Source: an uncultured Candidatus Bathyarchaeia archaeon (GTDB lineage Archaea; Thermoproteota; Bathyarchaeia; Bathyarchaeales; Bathycorpusculaceae). From it: 50,348 bases of DNA. Below the pieces are notes generated by a model. The model made no database searches. It was not told where the DNA came from and was given only the letters and a program-made list of their open reading frames with translations. Below are positions 1-7,970 of the stretch, in pieces (positions within the stretch are counted from its first letter, which is position 1; each line of letters opens with the position of its first letter). The stretch is from assembly GCA_964354055.1 (NCBI GenBank), contig CAYGYI010000001.1, forward strand, positions 1-50,348. Direction: 5' to 3'. A program made the translations under genes and the position numbers.

Positions 1-207
1 GCTGCTTACGACGTGGACTACCCCAGCTCAACAATCAGCATCTTCGGCGAATGGGAACGACTCCCAATGGGCAGCGTAAACCTTGCAACAGGCAACTACA
101 ACTGCCAAATAGTCCTAACAGAAGAATCATTTCACGGCACAGGCCCACTGGAAGGAAACTGGGCAGCCGCAATGAGTACAAACGTCTCTTTTACAATAGC
201 GCCCTAA
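1..207 (+). CDS. 3' end of a CDS entering from the left edge (beta-rich C-terminal part of a probable surface protein), partial
   Basis: Frame 1 is open from base 1 to TAA at 205-207 (...NWAAAMSTNVSFTIAP*). It is continued in the +1 frame (see 206-496). Confidence 0.6.
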   Translation, partial: AAYDVDYPSSTISIFGEWERLPMGSVNLATGNYNCQIVLTEESFHGTGPLEGNWAAAMSTNVSFTIAP

Positions 208-496
208 CACGCGCGCTAACTCCGGAACTGACCTACGCGGGATCGCACTGCCCGACATGGCAGTGCAATTGTCCGTAACATTCGAGTTCCAATCGTCAGC
301 CACAAGGAATTCCAAGGTGATGTTCCTCTGCTTCGGAATAGACAGCGCAGACAAGCCTGCAGAAACTCCTTTTAGCAAAAGAACAATGTTTGTCATTCCA
401 TATGTTCCCAGCACCATTCTTGGGCTCGGGGCAATGGTCGGCGTTCTGGGTATTTACTATTTCAGCAAGGGAAGGACAAAACGACTCACCGAGTAA
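206..496 (+). CDS. +1-frame continuation (ORF track 257..496) encoding a tripartite C-terminal sorting-signal-like tail
   Basis: Frame 2 is open from 200 onward. The product ends FVIPYVPSTILGLGAMVGVLGIYYFSKGRTKRLTE* (motif, hydrophobic helix, basic cluster). There is no signal peptide, and no SD or TATA in the GC-rich stretch 208-256, so it is unlikely to be an independent gene. Confidence 0.45.
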   Translation, partial: NTRANSGTDLRGIALPDMAVQLSVTFEFQSSATRNSKVMFLCFGIDSADKPAETPFSKRTMFVIPYVPSTILGLGAMVGVLGIYYFSKGRTKRLTE

Positions 497-519
497 TGAG
501 CACCTGAACCTAGAACGCG

Positions 520-1482
520 CTACCTCTTGTTTCCCAAAAACCATCTAGTCAGCTTAGTTATTCCCTTTTCAAGATCGTATTCAGGCTCGTATCCGAGGAT
601 TCTTCTGGCTTTCTCGATGCAAGCGTAGCTATGTCTTATGTCTGCAACCCTACTTCCTTTGTGGATCGGTCTCAACTGCTTACCTATTTTCTCTTGAAGT
701 CTCCGTAACAACTCGTTCATGGACGATGGTTGACCAGTCGCAATATTGAACACTTCACCTGCCGCCTTCTCCGTAGTCAATGCTAACATGTTGGCTTCTA
801 CAACGTCTTCAACATAAACAAAATCTCTAGTCTGTCTCCCATCACCAAAAACAACCGGTCGCTCATCCCGCATCAAACGGTCCATAAATATCGGAATGAC
901 CCCACTATAGACACTCGAAGTCTGCCTGGGCCCGTAAACATTAAAATACCGCAAGCAGACAGTCTCGAGGCCACATGCTTTGTGGAAGACCACAGCATAA
1001 TTCTCCGAGGCCAATTCTGCGACGGCATACGGCGAAACCGGATTCGGAGCCAAGCTTTCCTCAATGGGCAATCTCTTTGTGTCACCATATATTGAGGCCG
1101 ACGAAGCCTGAACGTACCTTCTCACTCCAGAATCAAGGCAAGCTTTAAGGAGATTCAGCGTCCCACCAACATTCACTTCGTTTGCCAAGATTGGATCTTC
1201 AATCGAGCGAGGAATGCCAACCACCGCAGCTTCATTGAACACAGCATCAGCATCTTTAACCGCACTTTTTACAGTGCCATAATTTCGAACGTCCCCTTCT
1301 ATGAAATGGAATTTTCTGTTGGCTTTGTGGCTCCCAAGGTTTTCAATCTTACCCGTGTACAGATTATCCAGCACGACCACTTCTACTTCTTTTTTCAAGA
1401 GCCTGTCCACAATATGACTGCCTATGAACCCAGCGCCGCCCGCCACAAGAACACGCGAGAAACTCTTAATTTTCCGATTCAT
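520..1482 (-). CDS. NAD-dependent epimerase/dehydratase (extended SDR, UDP-sugar 4-epimerase-like) with atypical YxxxE
   Basis: 320 aa. It has the N-terminal GGAGFIGSH Rossmann motif and an ASSASIYG region. The active-site segment reads PYAVAELASE, where canonical enzymes have YxxxK. Confidence 0.9.
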   Translation of the reverse strand: MNRKIKSFSRVLVAGGAGFIGSHIVDRLLKKEVEVVVLDNLYTGKIENLGSHKANRKFHFIEGDVRNYGTVKSAVKDADAVFNEAAVVGIPRSIEDPILANEVNVGGTLNLLKACLDSGVRRYVQASSASIYGDTKRLPIEESLAPNPVSPYAVAELASENYAVVFHKACGLETVCLRYFNVYGPRQTSSVYSGVIPIFMDRLMRDERPVVFGDGRQTRDFVYVEDVVEANMLALTTEKAAGEVFNIATGQPSSMNELLRRLQEKIGKQLRPIHKGSRVADIRHSYACIEKARRILGYEPEYDLEKGITKLTRWFLGNKR

Positions 1483-1606
1483 GTCTTTTTTCTATGCATC
1501 TTGCGGTAATTAAAGATTGACAGTCACGCAAGAAGAACAATGAGAACGTAGCCATAAACTTGAAACCGTAAACCGTAAACCCTTGTATGTAGGAGGTGAA
1601 CTCGAC

Positions 1607-1900
1607 TTGAGCAAAGACCAAGCCATCGGCGCAGCAATCCTCGCAGTATGCCTATTGATAGGCATATTCTACGTTGCCACACTCTTCTATCCACAATGGC
1701 TCAACACACTCGGCATTCAAGCGACACAGTCAAACATACAATTCTGGGCAATCGCAATTCCCGTACTCATCGTCTTCATCGCCATCCTCGCCATAGGCGG
1801 CTGGATCGGCTGGACGATGGCTACCACACCACCACCAAAACCAATAGAAGAAACAACAAGCACAGACGAGCCAAAATCCACTGAAAGCAAAGAGCCATAG
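1607..1900 (+). CDS. small membrane protein (2 predicted TM helices, Pro/Thr/Glu-rich tail)
   Basis: The ORF track gives 1583..1900. GGAGGTGA at 1592-1599 lies 7 nt upstream of an in-frame TTG at 1607, and there is no in-frame ATG near the N-terminus. Confidence 0.6.
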   Translation: MSKDQAIGAAILAVCLLIGIFYVATLFYPQWLNTLGIQATQSNIQFWAIAIPVLIVFIAILAIGGWIGWTMATTPPPKPIEETTSTDEPKSTESKEP

Positions 1901-1931
1901 GAGCCACGTCTGCAACTCCTAAACCTGACCA

Positions 1932-2338
1932 TTATTTCTTTCCAGACGCCCTGACGACTTTTCTGCCGCAAGTATTGCGGCGGTCGCCTTCGCTCCAGCG
2001 GAAGCGCGCGCTGCCTAGAAAAATGCCAAGAGACTGAACCGGCAATCGTGCTCTCCGCCAGTAGATGACATTGCTGGCGTAGTAAGCTCCTCCGCAGACT
2101 CCGATGTAACCTCCTCCTTTAGACACATAGTTCCTTATGTTTTGTCTGCCTGTCGATGATATGCTGTTGGCGTACTCATACATGTCTCCTCCAGGAATGC
2201 ACAGTAAACTGAAATCGTCCAAGTCGTGCGTGCGCTTTTCGCTTCTTCGATTTTCCTCAAATCATCAAACAGCTTGATCATCGTATCATCCATTTTCGGT
2301 CTTTGTCGTATTCTCTTGCTCTTCTTACGATCGAGCAT
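1932..2338 (-). pseudogene. decayed class I glutamine-amidotransferase-like / BPL_N-like gene remnant
   Basis: ORF 1932..2222 carries LLCIPGGDMYEY...NYVSKGGGYIGVCGGAYYAS, a GATase1/BPL_N-type nucleophile elbow, but has no proper N-terminus and a nonsense-looking tail. It overlaps ORF 2135..2338 in another frame. Confidence 0.35.
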
Positions 2339-2557
2339 TTCCAGGTTCTCTAATATCCTGTCTAAGCCCGGGTCGCTGCTGCAGAGCCGATTGTATTACA
2401 ATATGCAAGTTGGCGGCGCTGACAGCGTTCGGATCGTTTGGATAACATTCCTGGGCAATAGCACACAAGGCTAGGCCTTTTACGTGTTAGGTCCTGGCCT
2501 TGGGAAAAGGTAATAAGCTCTGTGGGAAATGTGCATTCCGAGGAAAGGAAACGAAGA

Positions 2558-3061
2558 ATGGATGTTCTTGAGGCTATAAGGTCGCGTAGAAGCATCAGAA
2601 AATACAAGATAGAATCTATCCCTGAAGAGAAGCTGAACACTATTCTCGAAGCTGCTCGTCTGGCGCCTTCTGCCGCCAACCGTCAACCATGGCGCTTCGT
2701 AGTAGTCCAAAGCGTAGATCAGAAGAAGGCTCTGGCGGAAGCAGCAAACAATCAGACATTTCTGAGCAACGCTGCCGTGATCGTTGCAGCAGTAGGGGAT
2801 TCAGGGTTGTCTGCAAAATGGCACGAGAAAGACACGATGATAGCCTTGGAGCACATGGTTCTTGCGGCCACGGCTCTTGGCTATGGCACTTGCTGGATAG
2901 GGGCCTTCGACGAAGAGGCGGTGAAGAGTCTTCTAAAGATCCCTGAGAAAATGAAAGTGGTTGCCCTGTTGCCGATCGGTATACCTGATGAGTTACCAGC
3001 CCCCAGACCGAGGAGAGAGTTTTCAGAGACTTTCTTCAAAGAAGAATGGCACCTGCTGTAA
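2558..3061 (+). CDS. nitroreductase family protein
   Basis: The product begins MDVLEAIRSRRSIRKYK and contains PSAANRQPWRFVVV and GYGTCWIG. ATG at 2558 is preceded by a purine-rich stretch (aggaaaggaaacgaaga). The ORF-track GTG start at 2522 is less likely. Confidence 0.9.
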   Translation: MDVLEAIRSRRSIRKYKIESIPEEKLNTILEAARLAPSAANRQPWRFVVVQSVDQKKALAEAANNQTFLSNAAVIVAAVGDSGLSAKWHEKDTMIALEHMVLAATALGYGTCWIGAFDEEAVKSLLKIPEKMKVVALLPIGIPDELPAPRPRREFSETFFKEEWHLL

Positions 3062-3301
3062 ATGTCCTTGGAAAAGAGCTCGCGAAACTGGAATTCCGGC
3101 AGCTCCGAAGAGCGTTCAAACCCGATAATAGTGTGCTATCAGGTGGCCGAAGGTGAGCATGACTTTTTCTCTGTGAAAGAATATGGAGCGTTTGAGGGAT
3201 ATGTCTGCCAGTTGGATATCGCCAAGCACCTGTTCAACGTCTAGGGCTGAATCTTAGCGGATATCGTGTTCAACAAGAACAATGGATATTGAGCGTGTTG
3301 G

Positions 3302-3496
3302 CTAGGTGTCGGCAATCGCACAGTTCTCTTCCTCTATGATTGTCGTGATTTCCAGCGTGTCTTCTTTTGCAGTTGCCTCGGAGTCGTGTGGTCTGCGTTC
3401 GACTTGTTTGGAGCTTGTGTAGAAGAGGGCCCATCCGATCAGCCACATGAACGCCGCCACTGGAAATAGAAATATGGTGATTATGTGCCTTCGCAT
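3302..3496 (-). CDS. small single-pass membrane protein
   Basis: 64 aa with one hydrophobic helix (IITIFLFPVAAFMWLIGWALFY). It is co-directional with and 95 bp downstream of the sortase fusion gene. Confidence 0.45.
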   Translation of the reverse strand: MRRHIITIFLFPVAAFMWLIGWALFYTSSKQVERRPHDSEATAKEDTLEITTIIEEENCAIADT

Positions 3497-3590
3497 TTCC
3501 TAGATCTCTCCAAGATGCTGTGCGCCTTCAAGAAAGAAGCGAGCTGCAACTGGCTGAAAAGGTTTAGGAACGCAGAATACGTATTCATGA

Positions 3591-6500
3591 TCAACGTTTG
3601 AGCTTGAGCCTAGTTGGTATCAGGTTTCTGAGTATGTCTATTGGTTTGCGTTTCTCTGGAAAGGAAATTTCTGTTTTCCACGCTTGCACGGGTTCGTCTT
3701 CTATGTTGGCTATCTTCTTTTCTACTATGCCGGTTTTTTCTGCGTCAGAGAGTCTCTGGATCAGTTCTTCTTTACTCGTTGTTTGTCCTGTGATGTTTGC
3801 GAAAGCTTGCAGTATGGTGTTCAGTGTGGGTGGTTTTTGTTTTTCGGCTTGTCGGACTGCATCTATGATTTGCTTGTTGGTTTTGGAGAGTTTGCCGTAT
3901 GCTATTGTGTTCTGTTTCTTCTCTTTTCTCTTGTCTAGGGCGTACAGTAGGATTATTGCGACTAGGAATGCCGTTGTTAGGATGAACAGCTTGTCTCCGT
4001 TGTGGGACAGTAGCAGTGCGGTTTGAGACCATGTTTTGATTGATCCCCAATGTTCAGTTATTCGTGTGGCTACTATTAGAAGCTCGCCTTCTATTGCTGG
4101 AACTTCTCTTATTGAGTTTGGGTAAGCTATGACGCTTATTTTCACTTGTTTTGTTTGGGCTGTTGAGTTGATTCTGAAGACTGAGGTTTCGTACCAGTAC
4201 AGCACTGCTTGAGTTTCATTTGTGTCTGTGTAGTTGAAAGCGAAGTAGCGACCGATTATAGGCGGATTCTGGAGTAGTAGGATGTCTCTCAGGTCGATTT
4301 GGTTGACTGTGGGCTGTTTTCCGTGGGTTAGCGGCCATGTTATGAGGCAGGTTTCCCATCGATGAAGCGATGACTTGGCCGAGGCGATTTCCACGGTCAC
4401 CCAGATCCAGTATCCGCTTTCGTTTTCTGGCTCATATAAGTAGATTAGGGACGCGTCCTGCTGGGCTCTTTGTTCGAATGCTTCGTCGCGACCCAGATAG
4501 TGGAGTATGTATTCGTTGAGTTGTGGCAGGAGGGCTGTCGTTGCGTTTCCGCCTGTGGCGGTTTGCGTAATTATCTCTGCCGGGCCTTCTGTTAGCGCGA
4601 ATACTGGTGTTTGTATGGACATGACGAGGACTACGCTGAGGATCAGCGCTGAAACCTTTGCCAGGTCTTTCTTGCGAATCTTGTTGAAGTGCATATTCTG
4701 TATTTTGCCGCACGCGAGACAGAAGTCGTCGGCTGTTTTTGGTTGGGGGCTGCATTCTGGGCATTTCAGTGTCGGTCTTGGCGTTATTCTGGTTTTGAAG
4801 AGTTTTTCTGAGATAACGAGCAGCATGAATGTGCCGAGAAAGATCAGTACCCATCCGCCGAATAGGTGGAACATGTTCAGGGCCAGATCTTCGCCGTAGT
4901 AATATCCTAGTATGCCTATTATTGCGATGCGTAGCACGTTGAGCATGTATATTAGTGGAAATCCTAGAAGGAACATTGCTCCTTTTTTCCAGAGCTTGTC
5001 TCTGATTATGTACGCTATGAAGAGGGCAAAAATGAAGAAGCCTATTTGAGAGTATATGCCTGAACAGGCGATGTCAACTTGTAGAGGAATGATGGTTCCG
5101 TCTGGTTGGGTGACGGTTATTGTCGGTATGCCGTCTATGGTGCTTAGGCTTACTGGGATGCTGAGGATCTTCAATAGGTTGTATGACAAGTCAGAGCTGA
5201 AACTTGAGAGTAGCGAGCCAACGTAGTACAGGATTTCTGCTGGTGGTGGAACGAGCAGAAAGAGGAAGACTATTGGGAAGAGAATTTGTCTTAGGGTCTG
5301 CATGTTAAAGAGTATGAGCACGCACGCTGACACAAAGATCGGCAGTGCCAGCATATGGTATTCCAGCGGGGTGAATGTATAGGAGCCGTACCAGTAGAGC
5401 AGAAGTGAAGCCAGGAAAAGCAATGCGCCCGCAACTTCGTTGAGTGGGATTTTCTTCCACAGTTTTGATGGTTCGAGGGGCACTGCTGCTTTGATCATTT
5501 TTCTTTTGCGGTAGAAAAGGTAGGCGAGCAGGAACGGGATTACGAGTACGTAGCTTGTGACTTCGCTTTGCAGAGCATCAGTGAATATTATAGTTAGGTC
5601 CTGCCAGAACAGCACGAGTGCAGTTGCTCCTACTACGGCGGCTTTGACGATCACAATTAGGGTTTCTCTGGTCGTCGACAGGACCCACTGTTGATATCTT
5701 ATGATTGGGGCTGCAATAAGTGCCAGCAGACGGGTTTTTTTTGTGACCTGTGTGATCATTTGAAGCTCGGATGCGGTCACAATTTTTGTCATTGGCGCCA
5801 ACGTTATGTAGGTGAAAAGGTAAAGGAGGGCGCCTACTCCAAGGTCCGTGATTCTGGACAGATGAGCAAAACGTGTTAGCAGAAGCGGGGGCACGCTGGA
5901 TATGGCTGAAACCAAGTAGATTTTGACGAGAGAACGAGTGTCAAATTCGATGTGAAACTTTCTTCTGGCGCGGTATGAGCCATATGCTATGCCTGCTGTG
6001 CTTGCGATCAGTATAGCTATAATTGAGCCTTGTACGCTGTAAGCGCGTGTGAGTATTGGGGATAGGACAGCAAGTATTACGAAGCCGATTAGGCTTATCA
6101 TTAAAGTAGTTTTTGTTTCTCCTAAGCCATTGAAGAAACTTGTCAGCGTGAGGTAGCCCAGTCCGACGAGAAGATAGATGAGGCAATATGTTGCCAGGAA
6201 TTGCGGAGCCGTCTGGTATTCTAAGCCGTAGATTATCTGCACAATTTGGGTGGAATACATTATGATGAGCACTGTTATCGGCAGAACGAGCTCAGCGGTG
6301 TATTTGTTTGCGAGTTTGAAGAATCTCTTTATCTTCTGGTCTGTTGAAGAATCAAGTTTGGCGAATGCAGGCAACAGCGCAGTGGTTATCGGTATCGAAA
6401 CCACGGACAATAGTGTGGCGAAGTTTGTGGCTGCTTTGTAGTTTCCGACGTCGGCTGTTGTTGTGAAGATTGCCAGCATAAAGCCTTGGTAAAACGAGAT

Positions 6501-7235
6501 GAATCCTGACAGCAGCAAAGAAATGTAAAGTGGTGCGCCGTATTTCATGAGGGTTTTCAGGTCATCTTTGACGTTCTGGTCATTCTTGGGATCTTGCTTT
6601 TTGCGTAGTACGATGAAGAGGATGAAAGCTCCGGCGGCAGCAGCAATTATGTAGCTTGCCACATGTCCCGTTATTGCGCCTGCTACTCCCAAGCCTAGAA
6701 GCACGAGTGCGATGGACAGTATGCTTTTGGCTAGTGCCTGGATGTTTGTTGCCAGCAGGTTGTACTCTGTTTTGTCTAGGCCTACGAATGCTGAGGTTGC
6801 GGTTGAGAATATTACCTGGAAGAGTACTGAAACTGATGCTAACCTGACGTAGAAGGCTAGTTCTGCGCTATTGAGAACTGTCGATGCAAGGAGGTCTGCG
6901 AAGGCGTAGTTTATGATGAATAGGACTATTCCCACCGCTGCTCTGAGTAGTAGAGCGTACTTGAGCATTTTTGTTAGCCGATTTAATTCGCCTTTTGCGT
7001 TGAGACCTGCGGCGAATTTTGTTACGCCCTGTCCTATGCCGAGGTCTGCGAAAAGATAGAGAAGTTGAGGTATAAGAAAGGCGAGCGTGTATTGCCCGTA
7101 CAGGTCAGGACCCAGAAATCTTCCGACAAGTATTGAAGCAACTGCCATGATGACAGTTGCCAGAGCCGTTCCTGAGATCAGAAAGAAGCTACCGCGGGCT
7201 GAATCCTCCGCTATTTTGACTAGTTCATCTGCCAT
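3591..7235 (-). CDS. multidomain membrane protein: Wzx/MOP-like polysaccharide flippase + archaeosortase/exosortase core + Cys4 zinc ribbon + EpsI-like ectodomain + wHTH-like tail
   Basis: Uninterrupted 1214-aa ORF starting at ATG 7235. The motifs are DIACSGIYS, MLNVLRIAI, MFHLFGGW, CPEC-x10-CLAC and LHRWETCL...VLYWYE. About 22 hydrophobic helices are predicted. Confidence 0.9.
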   Translation of the reverse strand: MADELVKIAEDSARGSFFLISGTALATVIMAVASILVGRFLGPDLYGQYTLAFLIPQLLYLFADLGIGQGVTKFAAGLNAKGELNRLTKMLKYALLLRAAVGIVLFIINYAFADLLASTVLNSAELAFYVRLASVSVLFQVIFSTATSAFVGLDKTEYNLLATNIQALAKSILSIALVLLGLGVAGAITGHVASYIIAAAAGAFILFIVLRKKQDPKNDQNVKDDLKTLMKYGAPLYISLLLSGFISFYQGFMLAIFTTTADVGNYKAATNFATLLSVVSIPITTALLPAFAKLDSSTDQKIKRFFKLANKYTAELVLPITVLIIMYSTQIVQIIYGLEYQTAPQFLATYCLIYLLVGLGYLTLTSFFNGLGETKTTLMISLIGFVILAVLSPILTRAYSVQGSIIAILIASTAGIAYGSYRARRKFHIEFDTRSLVKIYLVSAISSVPPLLLTRFAHLSRITDLGVGALLYLFTYITLAPMTKIVTASELQMITQVTKKTRLLALIAAPIIRYQQWVLSTTRETLIVIVKAAVVGATALVLFWQDLTIIFTDALQSEVTSYVLVIPFLLAYLFYRKRKMIKAAVPLEPSKLWKKIPLNEVAGALLFLASLLLYWYGSYTFTPLEYHMLALPIFVSACVLILFNMQTLRQILFPIVFLFLLVPPPAEILYYVGSLLSSFSSDLSYNLLKILSIPVSLSTIDGIPTITVTQPDGTIIPLQVDIACSGIYSQIGFFIFALFIAYIIRDKLWKKGAMFLLGFPLIYMLNVLRIAIIGILGYYYGEDLALNMFHLFGGWVLIFLGTFMLLVISEKLFKTRITPRPTLKCPECSPQPKTADDFCLACGKIQNMHFNKIRKKDLAKVSALILSVVLVMSIQTPVFALTEGPAEIITQTATGGNATTALLPQLNEYILHYLGRDEAFEQRAQQDASLIYLYEPENESGYWIWVTVEIASAKSSLHRWETCLITWPLTHGKQPTVNQIDLRDILLLQNPPIIGRYFAFNYTDTNETQAVLYWYETSVFRINSTAQTKQVKISVIAYPNSIREVPAIEGELLIVATRITEHWGSIKTWSQTALLLSHNGDKLFILTTAFLVAIILLYALDKRKEKKQNTIAYGKLSKTNKQIIDAVRQAEKQKPPTLNTILQAFANITGQTTSKEELIQRLSDAEKTGIVEKKIANIEDEPVQAWKTEISFPEKRKPIDILRNLIPTRLKLKR
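3594..3935 (-). other. domain: charged helical, wHTH-like cytoplasmic tail (aa 1101-1214)
   Basis: NKQIIDAVRQAEKQKPPTLNTILQAFANITGQTTSKEELIQRLSDAEKTGIVEKK resembles the N-terminus of the adjacent DUF1616-like protein. Confidence 0.35.
3936..4664 (-). other. domain: TM-flanked EpsI/DUF3485-like ectodomain (aa 858-1100)
   Basis: A TM helix (VSALILSVVLVMSIQTPVFA) is followed by about 200 aa containing SLHRWETCLITW and QAVLYWYE, then a second TM helix (LFILTTAFLVAIILLYAL). Confidence 0.5.
4710..4763 (-). other. domain: Cys4 zinc-ribbon (CPEC-x10-CLAC)
   Basis: Residues C825, C828, C839 and C842 lie between the last sortase TM helix and the next TM helix. This segment is predicted to be cytoplasmic. 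Confidence 0.6.
4791..5663 (-). other. domain: archaeosortase/exosortase (EpsH-like) core (aa 525-815)
   Basis: Cys724 lies in DIACSG (codon 5064-5066), Arg769 in NVLRI and His790 in MFHLFGGW, all embedded in TM helices. Confidence 0.7.
5691..7235 (-). other. domain: Wzx/MOP-type polysaccharide flippase-like region (aa 1-515)
   Basis: It has 12-14 hydrophobic helices. The N-terminal FFLISGTALATVIMAVASILVGRFLGPDLYG and the overall organisation are typical of polysaccharide biosynthesis (Wzx-like) transporters. Confidence 0.65.
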
Positions 7236-7256
7236 TTTGTCTTTCTCTCTGTGGAT

Positions 7257-7874
7257 CTACGTGGATTTCCTGATTCTGGCTTGGTGTTCTCGTGCCACTG
7301 CGACTGTGGCGAATATGGTTGTAAGCGTCAGCAGGCTTAGTACTATGGGGGTCAGTCGTATGCCCCATGGCGTGTAGTTCAGGAGCAAGCCGACAAGCGG
7401 GACTAATGCTAAGCTTAGACCTATGCTGAGTGCTATGCGTTCCACGGTGTCAAGGTTTGTTGTGGTTTTTATTTGAGCTTGGTTCTCTTTGGGGAATAAG
7501 GCTTTTATGAAGGTGTAGCCAGGCAGCCATAAAACGAAGATTGTGCCGAGAATGTATCTCATGTAAACTAGTGGGAAAGCGTTTTCTGGAATAGCGAAAA
7601 CTACTGCTGCAGTCACCAGAGTCAAAACCATGGTTTCCCAGAACCAGCGGGCTTTTTTTGTCTGCAGGTAGGTTTTCAGGTTTTGAGGTGTGGGTTCTAC
7701 TGGTTCTTTTAAGGTTATTTTTCCCTCGTTTTGAAGGCGAATGACGCAATCAACTATCTCGTGCTCTGTAAGAGAAGGGAGCTTTTCTTTGGCGAGATTT
7801 GCTAGCTCCTCTACGCTTTCGGGTTTGAACTCTCTTATTAACTGGATTATGGCCTCGGCTGTTTCATTCTTCAA
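7257..7874 (-). CDS. DUF1616-like archaeal membrane protein (N-terminal wHTH-like module + 4 TM helices)
   Basis: 205 aa starting at TTG 7874; there is no in-frame ATG nearby. It lies 21 bp upstream of the fusion gene. A TATA-like cttttatag sits about 37 nt upstream on the minus strand. Confidence 0.75.
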   Translation of the reverse strand: MKNETAEAIIQLIREFKPESVEELANLAKEKLPSLTEHEIVDCVIRLQNEGKITLKEPVEPTPQNLKTYLQTKKARWFWETMVLTLVTAAVVFAIPENAFPLVYMRYILGTIFVLWLPGYTFIKALFPKENQAQIKTTTNLDTVERIALSIGLSLALVPLVGLLLNYTPWGIRLTPIVLSLLTLTTIFATVAVAREHQARIRKST

Positions 7875-7970
7875 TGATTCTGGGCCTCTTACGTGATTTT
7901 TTAGTCTATAAAAGTGAATACTGTGGTATATAAGGAACGGGGAATAAAAAACGGAATGTGTGTTTGGGTT

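Noticed and set aside
1563-1582. Short tandem aaccgta repeat (2.5 copies) upstream of the small membrane protein gene
   Set aside because: It is too short to distinguish from chance and occurs only once.
2362-2679. 105-aa minus-strand ORF overlapping the nitroreductase 5' region
   Set aside because: It is antisense to a well-supported CDS and has no motif support.
3062-3244. 60-aa ORF whose ATG abuts the nitroreductase stop (TAAATG)
   Set aside because: It shows no recognisable motif. The opposite strand also shows a broken open frame (..ALDVEQVLGDIQLADISLKRSIFFHREKVMLTFGHLIAHYY..). I could not support either as a gene.
3598-4899. Several + strand ORFs (3598..4026, 3684..3938, 4507..4899) and out-of-frame minus-strand ORFs (3772..4050, 4432..4854) inside the sortase fusion gene
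   Set aside because: They lie entirely within a 1214-aa ORF with strong motif support. Their compositions are Cys/Arg/His-rich, as expected for shadow frames.
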